This document shows, one piece after another, positions 8,047-17,653 of a stretch of 64,000 nt of DNA. Source of the DNA: a virus (lineage: Duplodnaviria > Caudoviricetes). The stretch lies in IMG/VR virus record IMGVR_UViG_3300034420_000109, positions 23,977 through 87,976 of that record. One strand, given 5' to 3'. The notes under the pieces were generated by a model, which did not search any database, was not told where the DNA came from, and was given only the letters and a program-made list of their open reading frames with translations. Position 1 is the first letter of the stretch. Every line of letters starts with the position of its first letter. Position numbers and translations under genes: made by a program.

Positions 8047-10199
8047 ATGGCCTGCCCCTTCTTGATTCCGTCCGGGCTCCAGTATCTCGCATAGTCAGGG
8101 AAGGCTTCACCGGCCGCGGGCCACTGCCACCCCAGCGAGGCGCCAAGGGTGCGCGCCGGGCCAGCGCCGAAGCGGTAGGCGCGCGCGACCCAGGAGTAGT
8201 AGGACTGGCCGTTCGAAGGGAACCCGCCGGGCATGTCTTCGATAAGCGCCTGGCACCGCTTCAGGAACGCGGCCGTGGCGTGGATGTTCTTCACCACATC
8301 GGCGCGATCCGCCAGGGTGAAGGGCGATCCGTCGGGGTTGGTGTAGCCGATGGAGACCAGGTCGGCGTGGGCCACGGAGGTGATCTGGCCCATGCCCTTC
8401 TTCGTGGCCACCGCGACCTCGGCCGGGGTGTTCCCCCAGAATCGACCAAAGCCGGTCTCGTTCTGGAGAATGTGGGCAACGAACCAGGGCGGGACGCTCT
8501 GCCGCGCCGCCGCGGCCTTGATGGCGTAGTAGACCTTTGAGTCCAAGGCCTGTGGGACGGCGGCGGCGACCGCGGGGGGCTTGTAGACCCCATCCACCGC
8601 AGGCATAGGGCCAGGCTCGGCGACACCCTTCCCGGCGTATCGCTTGAGGGTCAGGTCGGGCAGCAGCGCGCGCACCGCATCGGGATAACCGGCCGCGTCC
8701 GTCCCGCGGAGAGAGCGGACCACTGTCGCCCCCATGGACATCGAGATCCCGTCCCCGGCAGCGCGCAGGGTGAAGTCGGTGGACACCACGTAGCCGGTGA
8801 CGATGGAGGCCGAGTCGGACCCAAGGGAGTGGTCCTCGAGAACCTCGCCAGGACGGACGGGCAGGAAGGGGGCATCGAGGGAGCGGCTCCGCAGCAGGGA
8901 CAGGGGGGCCTCCTGGCCAGCGAAGTGCAACAGGTGGTCCTTGGCGAACCCGAGGTAGTCCTGGATGGGGGCCCCGGGTGCGATGGGGGCCAGCTTGGAG
9001 ACCACCGCCGTCGAGGAGTAGCCGTAGCGGTTGATAAGTTCATTCGAGGAGGCCCAACCCCAGAACAGCTTGGAGAAGAAAGCCTCCTTCGAGTGGTCGC
9101 CGAGCCCCAGGCCCGCCCAGTGGAATGCATTGGGGTGGCTCTCGCCAGAGAGAACGTCGTCCACACCCATGACATTCGAGAGATGGGTGCCGCCAACCTT
9201 CACCACCCGCAGGGCCTTCCAGTAGGTGTCCCACTTCGGATCCACCCCGGGGAAGGGGCGCGGCCGGTGGACCAGGGCCGGACGCAGCGGGCCGGGCTTT
9301 CCGCCAGTGGACGATTCCTCGGTCACCTGCTCCCGGTAGCCGATGAAAAACTCATGCAGCACGGGCTCCGAGACGGCCTGGGCCACCTGCCAGAACGAGG
9401 CGCCGGACTGCCCCTGGATGAGATTCCACGGAAGGGGATAGGCCACGTCGGGCCAGGACGACCACTCGCTGCCCTCGGGGAAGGAGATGTAGTCCAGCAC
9501 CGAGAGGCCTTCATCGTGGGCCGTGTCGCCTACCTTCAGGCCCATGGCCGACCGGATGGCGGACTCGATGAACGCCCGGATGATCAATTCCGGGGCCTTG
9601 GCGCTCTCCCCGATGGCTTCCATGAGGGTCTTCCCCTCGGCGCCCTGCAGAATGTCCGAGGCGGGGTGAATGAACCCCTGCCAGTTGAAGACCGCGCCCC
9701 CCAGGATGGCCTCGACCCCCGAGGACGACAGCTGAAGTTCTGCAGACCACCCTGAGCCAGCGCGCCTGGATCCGCGCACCGAACGCACCACACCGTCGAA
9801 GAGGAGCCAGTCGGGATAGCCCGCCACCGTGACGGAGAGGCGCAGCCGGTCCATGGGGCGAACGAGGGGGGCGAGGTAGCACACGAGGCCCGTGAGGGGG
9901 AAGCGGGTGGTGCAGGTCTGGCCCTGCAGCGAGTCGGAGGCCTGCGCGGAGATGAGAGAAGCGGCGCCCTCAAGCACCTGTCGTTTGCCGTCCACGATGC
10001 GCGTGAGGGTCGCGGAACTGGACTCACCGGGGGCGAGAGCCAGCCCAGCCGAGTAGCGATACCAGCGGTCCTTATCCAGCGCCGAACCCGGGACGATGGA
10101 GGCCGAGAGTTCGACCTTGATGAAAGGGCGCAGCACGGAAACAGCGGCCGAGACTTCGGCTGCCTCGCGCGCGAACTGGGGATCAACCCCGAGGGTCAT
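8028..10199 (-). CDS. Baseplate hub with C-terminal lytic transglycosylase (SLT)
   Basis: Start placed at MTLGVDP (10199). C-terminus has HILQNETGFG...KGMGQIT...NIHATAAFL...RAYRFG, matching SLT motifs I-III. Confidence 0.75.
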   Translation of the reverse strand: MTLGVDPQFAREAAEVSAAVSVLRPFIKVELSASIVPGSALDKDRWYRYSAGLALAPGESSSATLTRIVDGKRQVLEGAASLISAQASDSLQGQTCTTRFPLTGLVCYLAPLVRPMDRLRLSVTVAGYPDWLLFDGVVRSVRGSRRAGSGWSAELQLSSSGVEAILGGAVFNWQGFIHPASDILQGAEGKTLMEAIGESAKAPELIIRAFIESAIRSAMGLKVGDTAHDEGLSVLDYISFPEGSEWSSWPDVAYPLPWNLIQGQSGASFWQVAQAVSEPVLHEFFIGYREQVTEESSTGGKPGPLRPALVHRPRPFPGVDPKWDTYWKALRVVKVGGTHLSNVMGVDDVLSGESHPNAFHWAGLGLGDHSKEAFFSKLFWGWASSNELINRYGYSSTAVVSKLAPIAPGAPIQDYLGFAKDHLLHFAGQEAPLSLLRSRSLDAPFLPVRPGEVLEDHSLGSDSASIVTGYVVSTDFTLRAAGDGISMSMGATVVRSLRGTDAAGYPDAVRALLPDLTLKRYAGKGVAEPGPMPAVDGVYKPPAVAAAVPQALDSKVYYAIKAAAARQSVPPWFVAHILQNETGFGRFWGNTPAEVAVATKKGMGQITSVAHADLVSIGYTNPDGSPFTLADRADVVKNIHATAAFLKRCQALIEDMPGGFPSNGQSYYSWVARAYRFGAGPARTLGASLGWQWPAAGEAFPDYARYWSPDGIKKGQAMWGYLG

Positions 10200-10206
10200 G
10201 GGGGAG

Positions 10207-11448
10207 TTAGGCAAGGCGCCACTCCGGATAGGAAACAGGAGCGCCAGAGGGGCCCAGTCCACTGCCGGAGAAGAGGACGCCGCGCGCGCCCACGCTGTCG
10301 GGAGTGGCCGGGTCGTAGAAGGTGATGTCCGAGGCCATGATCGGGGCATCGTAGGCGGGCGCGGTGCCTCCGGTTTTCCAGAAGACCAGGTCCACCTCGG
10401 AGATATCCGAGTCGGCCAGGGACAGGAAGGTCACCAGACCCTGATACGAGGCCTTCTCGCCGACCCGCAGGCGGTCGAAGTAGAGCCCGGCCGCCGTGGA
10501 CAGGGCCGCCTGAATCTCGGTCCAGCGGGAGGCACCACCGGGGCGCAGCGAGACGCTGGCGCGGACGCAGACCTGCGCGCGGGGGACCTTCTTCACCTCC
10601 ACCTTGGTCCCGGCGCCCTTGAAGCCGGGGATGGGGAGCCCGGTGCCATCGACGTAGCCCTCCACGAGCTTTGTGACCTCGGAGGCCACACCGGGGTCCA
10701 GGGCCACCGAGTCGGTGCCGTCATCCACGAACAGCCACACCAGGCCCGAGAAGGGCACCCCGGCGGGGCGGGGATCCAGCATGAAGGGCTCCACCGTCCG
10801 CGCGTCCCGGACCTGGGGGGAGGCGGACAGGGCGGCGAACTCCAGGGCCTCCTTCGTGCCCCGGACCAGGGTGCGGAGGAAAGCCGCGAAGCGGACGGCC
10901 CGGGCGTCGGCGGTCTCGGTATCCGCCCCGCCCACGGTGCGGGCCGGGTTGGTGCAGGTGTCCACCCCGGCGATGGGGGCCACCAGGCGGGTGATGGAGT
11001 CCTGCGCCACGTTCCCGACCACACCGGCCGTGGTGCAGCGGATCGGAATGGCCGCAGAGGCAAGCTGCCCCGCGGGGATGACACCAGCGGCCGTGGTCTC
11101 GAAGACCAGGCCGGAGGGCCCAAGCAGCTGCGCGCCGATGGGGATATTCAGGTCGGCCACGGGCGCCACGAAGGCGCCGAAGGCGACACCCCCGATGGCC
11201 CGCTGGGGAGGGAGGAACCCGAACCCGAAGGCCTGGAAGCAGGACTCGGAGATCGCCACCACAACCTCACGCGCAAACCGCTGGTCGGACTCCTCGAGGA
11301 GCAGGGCAATGGACTCGACGTGGGCGCGGTCAATGGCCCCGACGTTGAGGTCCGTGGGGAGCAGCCCTGCGGATACATCGGGGTCCGAAGCCGCGAAGGC
11401 CAGAAGGGCACTCGAAATGGCCTGCTGCGAGCGGGGCGTGAACGACAC
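10207..11448 (-). CDS. Baseplate J-like wedge protein
   Basis: IPIRCTTAGVVGNVAQDSIT...TCTNPARTVGGADTETADARAVRF...RGTKEALEFAAL is the baseplate J pattern. Confidence 0.9.
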   Translation of the reverse strand: MSFTPRSQQAISSALLAFAASDPDVSAGLLPTDLNVGAIDRAHVESIALLLEESDQRFAREVVVAISESCFQAFGFGFLPPQRAIGGVAFGAFVAPVADLNIPIGAQLLGPSGLVFETTAAGVIPAGQLASAAIPIRCTTAGVVGNVAQDSITRLVAPIAGVDTCTNPARTVGGADTETADARAVRFAAFLRTLVRGTKEALEFAALSASPQVRDARTVEPFMLDPRPAGVPFSGLVWLFVDDGTDSVALDPGVASEVTKLVEGYVDGTGLPIPGFKGAGTKVEVKKVPRAQVCVRASVSLRPGGASRWTEIQAALSTAAGLYFDRLRVGEKASYQGLVTFLSLADSDISEVDLVFWKTGGTAPAYDAPIMASDITFYDPATPDSVGARGVLFSGSGLGPSGAPVSYPEWRLA

Positions 11449-11463
11449 GGAACACCTCCAGGA

Positions 11464-13005
11464 TCAGGATACCGAGCCCGAGAGGGTCACGGTCCCAAGC
11501 GGGGTGACCACCTCGGCGGAGACTTCGACCGCGTTCCCCACGAAAGAGGCCACAGGGTTGTTCACGCCGAGGACCCGGGGGTCCGCCTGCAGGGAATCCA
11601 CGACGTCTGCCCGGGCGGCCATCACCAGGGCCACATCCGAGGCCGACCCGATCATCGCCTTCAGCCCGGAGCCGTAGCTGGGGTGCCAAGGAATCCGCCC
11701 ACGAGGGGTGAGTAGGCGGCGCAGCAGGGCCGCGACCATGTTCTCGGTCCCACCCTGCAGGTCCCCCGCGTGGGCGGGAAGGTCCGGGGTGTCCGTTCCG
11801 ATTGGGTCGTCCGCAACCCCGATGACCCCAGGAGAGGCCGGGAGGGGCAGCTTGAGGGTGGCAGTGGCGCCGAGGACACGAAGGCCCGCGTAGGCCCCGC
11901 CAGGGGCCCCGCCGGGCCCGGAAAAGTCCACATAGGGGAAGTCCAGCTGGTTCACGGTGACCAGTTCGACCCAGCGCGCGGCATCGCCCAGCACACGAGA
12001 GGCGATGGCCTGGAGGGAATCACCGGGGGACAGCGCGACGAAGACGGGGCGGTTCAGCGACGTGGTGCGCCGGGCCGTCAGGGTGGACTGGACCGCGCCG
12101 GAGCGCCGGAACTGTTCGGCCGCCATGCGCGCATCGCCGAGGAACTGCCGGACCTCGTAGATGGTGCCGCGGATTGCGTTCTTGGCGTCATCCTGGAAGT
12201 CAGCCACGGAGAGCGCCTGGAGGATGCCGGAGCAAAGCTGGGCGGACCCGCGCACCAGGTCGGTCACCTGGTAGACCGCATCCCGTGAACCGGCCGTGAA
12301 GTCTTTGATCCGCCCGCGGACCAGGGCCAGCTTGGACCGCAGGTCCCGGACGTCCTGGAGCACCGAAAGAGCCCCCATCCACCCCTGAGTGGCGCTGCCC
12401 AAGAGGGAGTCGAGGGCGTCGGCCTTCTTCACCAGCGCATCCGGGTCCACCAGGGCCGCCGGATCGGGAGAGGGCTCGATCCGGAAGGGGGCGAGCATGG
12501 TCAGCGTGACCGCCCAGTCCCAGGCGTGGGGGCGGGAGACGGAGCGGGTATCGGTAGGGAAGGACTCGGGCCACACCAGGTAGGCCTCGTCCTGGGGGTT
12601 CGACCACCCGCCGCCAACCATGCGCCAGACCATCCGGAGCCCCTGGCGCCCGGTGCGGCCCCGCTCGTCGTTGGCGGTCACGAAGGCCGAGAAGAACTCG
12701 ATCAGCCGGTCCCGCGCCTGCTTGCCGAGAGAGGGCGTCTGGGCGTCCACAAAGGGGCCCACACCATGGGTGCCCTGGATGGTGATGCGCCCCAACCCCT
12801 CGCCGCCGGTCACGATGGAGATCCCGCGCCCAAGATCCTTCAGGACCTCGGCCCGGATGTTCCGCTGGATCTGCAGCGCCTGGGGGGCCATGCGGAGCGT
12901 TACCGCGGGATGGACGCCCGCGAACTCCATCTGGGAGGGCTGCGCGCCGAACTCGTCCAGTGCCGTGAGGAGATACCAGGACTGGACGCCGAGTTCATCA
13001 GTCAT
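11464..13005 (-). CDS. Fused tube-initiator-like / LysM / gpW-gp25 baseplate protein
   Basis: Central SPGDSLQAIASRVLGDAARWVELVTVNQL (LysM, gpX-like); C-terminal LLRRLLTPRGRIPWHPSYGSGL...SLQADPRV (GPW_gp25); the N-terminal assignment is weaker. Confidence 0.7.
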   Translation of the reverse strand: MTDELGVQSWYLLTALDEFGAQPSQMEFAGVHPAVTLRMAPQALQIQRNIRAEVLKDLGRGISIVTGGEGLGRITIQGTHGVGPFVDAQTPSLGKQARDRLIEFFSAFVTANDERGRTGRQGLRMVWRMVGGGWSNPQDEAYLVWPESFPTDTRSVSRPHAWDWAVTLTMLAPFRIEPSPDPAALVDPDALVKKADALDSLLGSATQGWMGALSVLQDVRDLRSKLALVRGRIKDFTAGSRDAVYQVTDLVRGSAQLCSGILQALSVADFQDDAKNAIRGTIYEVRQFLGDARMAAEQFRRSGAVQSTLTARRTTSLNRPVFVALSPGDSLQAIASRVLGDAARWVELVTVNQLDFPYVDFSGPGGAPGGAYAGLRVLGATATLKLPLPASPGVIGVADDPIGTDTPDLPAHAGDLQGGTENMVAALLRRLLTPRGRIPWHPSYGSGLKAMIGSASDVALVMAARADVVDSLQADPRVLGVNNPVASFVGNAVEVSAEVVTPLGTVTLSGSVS

Positions 13006-13014
13006 GGCACACCC

Positions 13015-13824
13015 CTACAGGATCGAAATGGCGGACGTTCCCTCCCAGGCATCGAGCACCTGGGTCTGGATCTCGTCGGCCTCTTTCGACAGCCGCTCTT
13101 CCAGATCCTTGAAGACGTAGCCGGAGGCGCGCGAGATTGAAAGGCCATCCGCAGACTTACTGGTGACCTGCGTCGGATTGATCCTCTGCGCCAAGGCGGG
13201 GAGGGTGATGACGGCCGCGCGCAGGGCCACCAGGCGGCGGATCTGGGGATACAGCCTCCAGTCATCCTCGGTCATCCCGGCGCGGTAGTTGAAGATCACG
13301 CCGTCGGGGATTCGCTGGCGCATCCAGTTAAAAAGGCCAAAGGGGAGGTTCGGCATCACCAGGGACGCCCCCCCGAAGTTTGGCATCAGGGTAAGCGTCC
13401 CGAAGTAGGGGTCGATCCTGAACCACTCCGGGTGCAGGTCCACACCAGGAGCCGGGGCGCCGGGGAGACGGAGGGTCCCGCCCTTCAGTTCCAGCAGGGG
13501 GCGAATCCGAACACGGAACTCCAGGAAGCCCGAGCTTGGAGAAAGGGACGGCCAGAGGTAGGGCCCCTCGATCTCAACAGCCTCTGTGGCCGGGGGGCCG
13601 ACGGTGGCCGGTGTGCCTGCCGGACGCGGACCCGCTCCGTCCCAACCCGTGAACTCGGTCGGGGCGAAGCGGGTTGAAAGCCGCTGCTGAACGGCCGCCG
13701 AAGCCTCCTCGACAAACGCCGCAAGAGAGGTGTCGTCGATCACCGCCGCATACCGCGCCCCCGCCCCAATGAGGGGCGCGAGCACAGTGGAGCGGACATA
13801 GGCGCCATCGACCTGCAGCGACAT
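13015..13824 (-). CDS. Head-tail adaptor/neck protein
   Basis: Second gene after the major capsid gene; TSKSADGLSIS motif typical of SPO1-like neck proteins. Confidence 0.6.
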   Translation of the reverse strand: MSLQVDGAYVRSTVLAPLIGAGARYAAVIDDTSLAAFVEEASAAVQQRLSTRFAPTEFTGWDGAGPRPAGTPATVGPPATEAVEIEGPYLWPSLSPSSGFLEFRVRIRPLLELKGGTLRLPGAPAPGVDLHPEWFRIDPYFGTLTLMPNFGGASLVMPNLPFGLFNWMRQRIPDGVIFNYRAGMTEDDWRLYPQIRRLVALRAAVITLPALAQRINPTQVTSKSADGLSISRASGYVFKDLEERLSKEADEIQTQVLDAWEGTSAISIL

Positions 13825-13836
13825 GCGGTCCTCCTA

Positions 13837-14430
13837 CTAGACCTCGGGGGTGGGAGGGGGGAACCGGACGGCGATCTCGGCCTTCACCGCATCCAGCATC
13901 TCCAGCATCTTCGAGTCGTCGGGGTTCATTTCCAGCCCGAAGGTGGACTTTGCCAGGGCGGCAATTTCCGACTTCGAGCGGAGAACGGCGAAGGGGGCGA
14001 AGGCGGAGGCGCGCGCATCTTCGATGGAGGGACCGCTGGCGCCGGGAGCATCCGCGGGCACCACGGGCGAGACCGGGGAGGTCGCAGGCACGACGGGCTC
14101 CAGGGCGCCGGAAGCGATGGCGGATCGCTGCAGGGCAGCGGCGGCCTCGGCATCCGCGGTCGGCACGGCACCAGGAATGGGGGCCACCGGGACGACGGGG
14201 GCGACGGGGGAATCCACCGGGGGCGGCGGGATTTCCAGCGAGGCGTCCTCGAGGAAGAAGGGGGAGCCCTCCACACCGAGCAGGAACTTGTGGAAGTCCT
14301 TCTCGGCGACATCGGCGCCCCACAGGGTGTCGGGCCCGGGGAACTCACCCTCGGCCGCGAGGCAATCGAAGGTGTAGCCGTGGATCGTCGGGGGGGAGTA
14401 GGGCTTTCCTTTGTGCAGGACCAGAGCCAT
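13837..14430 (-). CDS. Hypothetical virion-associated protein with Pro/Ala linker and small C-terminal helical domain
   Basis: Strong RBS (ggagg); position after the capsid gene; C-terminal SKSEIAALAKSTFGLEM resembles HeH/Rho-N. Confidence 0.5.
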   Translation of the reverse strand: MALVLHKGKPYSPPTIHGYTFDCLAAEGEFPGPDTLWGADVAEKDFHKFLLGVEGSPFFLEDASLEIPPPPVDSPVAPVVPVAPIPGAVPTADAEAAAALQRSAIASGALEPVVPATSPVSPVVPADAPGASGPSIEDARASAFAPFAVLRSKSEIAALAKSTFGLEMNPDDSKMLEMLDAVKAEIAVRFPPPTPEV

Positions 14431-14530
14431 AAGGCCTCCTCAGAAGTCCCCTTTATCCTACACGCCCCAAACGAAGAAGGCACCCCGAAGGGGCTTCCAT
14501 CTTCAAGGGAGGGGAGGCATCGTGGGTGGC

Positions 14531-15193
14531 ATGGAATCCCCCACTGAATGGATCCCCCTAGCCAAGACGCCCCGGAACGGCGGAATCTACCAAATCCACT
14601 GCATCCCCACCGGAGAAAGCTATGTGGGGATGACAACCGGAAGCCTTCAGCGGCGCCTCCACTTCCAGCACCGGGCCGATCTTCGGAAGGGGCGCCACTT
14701 CAACCGGCGACTTCAGGAGGCATGGAATAAATACGGAGAACCCGCATTCGCCAGCGGGATCCTGGAAGACATGCCTGGAACCACAGCCGCCAAGATCGCC
14801 GAGCGTGAGCGGCACTGGATTGCGCGCCTCGGGACATTTATGGCCGGATTTAACCAATCAGAGGGTGGAGAAGCCCCCGCCCTTGGATATCGGTTCACGC
14901 CAGAGCAGCGAGAGAAGATGAGCCGGTCCCACAAGGGGAAAACACGAACCTTCACGGAGGAGCACAAGGCCAACATCCAGAAAGCGCGCGCGGGGAAGAA
15001 GTTGAGTCCAGAACATCGCGCCAAGATCGCGGAGGCCGGGAAAGGGCGCACCGCGACGGAAGAGACGAGGGGACGCCTGCGAGTAGCGCAAAAGGCGAGG
15101 CCACCAAGAAAACCACTCACAATGGAACACAGGGCCAAAATTAGCGCGGCCATGACCGGCAAAAAGAAAGGGCCCCGAAGGGCCCAATCTTGA
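14531..15193 (+). mobile_element. Free-standing GIY-YIG homing endonuclease with NUMOD3 repeats
   Basis: GGIYQIHCIPTGESYVGMT...R...H; FNQSEGG; repeated TEEHKANI / SPEHRAKI / TMEHRAKI NUMOD3 units; antisense to and directly after the major capsid gene. Confidence 0.9.
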
Positions 15194-15205
15194 GACCAAG
15201 CCGAA

Positions 15206-16699
15206 TCACAGCTTGGTGAACGGCAACCACGTTGCTCCGGTCGGAATGATGTTCTTCACCACCCCGTGGTGCTTGGGGAGGGCGACCCGGAGGGCGCCGA
15301 CCAAGAACGCGCCCCACTTGTAGCTGAGATCATTCAGCGCGAAGGGGATCTTGGTCATGGGGAGCATCTGGACCCAGCGGAGGCTGGCGGGCTCGGGGGT
15401 GAGCAGCACCGTGTAGCTGGCGCCGGGCAGGACCGTGTTCAGGTCGGTCCAGGTGGTGGTGGCACCGGCCTTGAGGACCGTGGCCACGAGCCGGTAGTCC
15501 GAGGGGTCGGTGGAGCCAGCCTGGCGGCTGCGGTAGATCTTGTAGTGGGTTTCCTTGTTCGTCGCGGAGGCGCTGATCACCACGTCGAAGCTGCGGCCCG
15601 CGACCATGGTGGCGGGGGCGGAGATGGCGAGCAGGGAGACCTCGCCGGGGGTGCAGGCTTCCACGGCGTAAGTGTAGTTCCCGGCCACGGCCCACTTGTA
15701 GGTCCCGGTGGCCTTGTCCAGCCACTTCGAGCCCGCGGTGGCGCCGACAGAGACGGTGGCGGTGACGCCAGCCGGGGCCGCGGCGGTGCAGAGGGCGGCG
15801 CTCGAGGCCGAGACCGGCTTCTTGGTCTCGTTCAGGAAGGCGCTGGGGTCGAAGTCGATGGTGCCGTCGGCCGCAGCCACGCTGGAGTAGCGCATGCCAC
15901 GGGTCAGGACGCCGACCTGGGTGGAGGGCACGCCGCTGTCGAGGTTCACGCGGTAGCCGCTCTCGAGGTAGGAATCGAGGTCGGCCTTCACGAGACCCGA
16001 CATGAAGGACAGGGACGGCTTGCCCCAGTTCCCCTCGTCCGTGATCTTGTTCGCCAGCAGGCTGAGGGGGCCGTGGCTGGCGAGGGGCTCGCCGTTCAGG
16101 TCCACCACGTTCTGCGGGGCGTTCGCGGTCACGGCGGCGATGATGCCGGTCGTGGCGTAGGGGTTCTTGGTCTTGTCGCCGAGGAAGAGGTCCGTCTCCA
16201 GGGAGTAGAGGATCTCGAGGGCGGCGTTGACGTCTTCCTCGTCGATGGCGCTGAAGTCCACGATGCCCTGCTTGTTCTGCAAGGTGGCCTGGATGCTGGT
16301 GATGATGGAGGCCGAACGCCGGGAGAAGTAGGTCCCGAGTTCGGTGATGAGGCGGGTGTAGTCACCCTGCCGCTCCACCTGGCCGGAGCCCAGTTCGTTC
16401 GCGTTGGCGGAACCGGCGAAGGCGCCGATGCCCGTCTTCACGACGGCCTGGTCCAGCACAGACCAGGACTCGCGGCGGTTCGGCAGGATGCGCTTGAAGA
16501 ACTTGAAGTGCTCCTGCTTCACGGTCGCGGAGGCCAGGACGGGGTCCATGTTCTCCACGCGGAAGGAACCACCCGCGGTGAGGGCCGAGAGGTCGGTCCC
16601 CTGCCCCATGGTCTGGAGGGCCTTGGTGATTTCGGCCAGCGCCGGAGAGGCCCCGGAATCACCCAGGGCGGAGAGGATGTCGAGGGGGCCAGTGTTCAT
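15206..16699 (-). CDS. Major capsid protein (SPO1/A511/K-like)
   Basis: 497 aa; GSFRVENMDPVL, ETDLFLGD and C-terminal GALRVALPKHHGVVKNI follow the Herelleviridae capsid pattern; preceded by scaffold and protease. Confidence 0.85.
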   Translation of the reverse strand: MNTGPLDILSALGDSGASPALAEITKALQTMGQGTDLSALTAGGSFRVENMDPVLASATVKQEHFKFFKRILPNRRESWSVLDQAVVKTGIGAFAGSANANELGSGQVERQGDYTRLITELGTYFSRRSASIITSIQATLQNKQGIVDFSAIDEEDVNAALEILYSLETDLFLGDKTKNPYATTGIIAAVTANAPQNVVDLNGEPLASHGPLSLLANKITDEGNWGKPSLSFMSGLVKADLDSYLESGYRVNLDSGVPSTQVGVLTRGMRYSSVAAADGTIDFDPSAFLNETKKPVSASSAALCTAAAPAGVTATVSVGATAGSKWLDKATGTYKWAVAGNYTYAVEACTPGEVSLLAISAPATMVAGRSFDVVISASATNKETHYKIYRSRQAGSTDPSDYRLVATVLKAGATTTWTDLNTVLPGASYTVLLTPEPASLRWVQMLPMTKIPFALNDLSYKWGAFLVGALRVALPKHHGVVKNIIPTGATWLPFTKL

Positions 16700-16762
16700 G
16701 GCGCTTTCTCCTCATGTGCCCGGCGAAGCCGGGACGGGGGTTGGAAGGGGGGCGGGATTGCC

Positions 16763-17644
16763 CTAGAGGTTGACGGGGATGCCGTAGTTGATGGCGCGGT
16801 TGGCGCTGGCGATCTGGGTGGGCGAGTGCTTCCCCTCCAGGGCCATCTTGAAGAGGTCGTTGCTCGTGACCTTGGGTGCGCCGCCGCCATCGGACAGGGC
16901 CTTGGAGACATCCACCTGGGCCTTGGAGGGCATGGCGGGGGCGGTCTTGATGATCCCCGCCAGCTGCGCGGCCGTGGCTTCGGCCGTGGCCTTGGCGGCG
17001 TCGGCGGCCTCCAGGGACTTGCCGATCTCGGTGCTCAGGGCGACGGTCTTCTTGGACATTTCAGCCAAGAATCCGGCGATGGCGTCCAGGACCTTGTTCT
17101 GGTTCTCCTGGCCTTCCACGATACGCTTAAGGAGTTCGACACCATGCCCAACAGGCATAAGGCTTTCGGTGGGATCTCCTTCTGTTCCACTGAAACCTTC
17201 TGACTTGCAGCAGCAGGGAGTTTTCCCGCATTTATGGCAACAGGATAGAGCCTTGGCAATTTCTTCGGCGGGGATCTTGTGGTGCTGGGCCAGGAAGGTA
17301 ATGGAGGCCAGGATTTCAGCCTTGGTGACCTCGCCCTCGTCCTCCTCGTCGTCAGAGCCAGGGCCAGGGCCGCCGGATTCGTCGTCGCCTGAACCGCCAG
17401 CGCCTCCTTCCTGGCCTTCGCCGCCCGGGGCACCACCCTCACCGCCAGCCTGGGCCGCGGCGGCCTGACCAGCCTGCGATTCACTGCGCGCCGCTTCAAG
17501 CTGCTCGTCAGTGGGGGCGCCACCCTCGGCGCGGGGGTCCTTGCCCTGGATGGCGTCGGGGTCTTCCGCGCCAGGCTGGGCCTTGGCGACGGTGCCACCG
17601 AGAAGAAGGGTCTGGGCGAACTCGAGGATGGAGAGGGCGGACAT
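16763..17644 (-). CDS. Capsid scaffolding protein
   Basis: Lies between protease and capsid genes; acidic G/E low-complexity region, coiled-coil segment and several xxK-A/S sites. Confidence 0.7.
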   Translation of the reverse strand: MSALSILEFAQTLLLGGTVAKAQPGAEDPDAIQGKDPRAEGGAPTDEQLEAARSESQAGQAAAAQAGGEGGAPGGEGQEGGAGGSGDDESGGPGPGSDDEEDEGEVTKAEILASITFLAQHHKIPAEEIAKALSCCHKCGKTPCCCKSEGFSGTEGDPTESLMPVGHGVELLKRIVEGQENQNKVLDAIAGFLAEMSKKTVALSTEIGKSLEAADAAKATAEATAAQLAGIIKTAPAMPSKAQVDVSKALSDGGGAPKVTSNDLFKMALEGKHSPTQIASANRAINYGIPVNL

Positions 17645-17653
17645 GGGTGCCTC

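Noticed and set aside
14531-15193. Group I intron carrying the GIY-YIG gene
   Set aside because: It lies between genes after the capsid stop codon, both neighbours are intact, and no intron core is recognisable.
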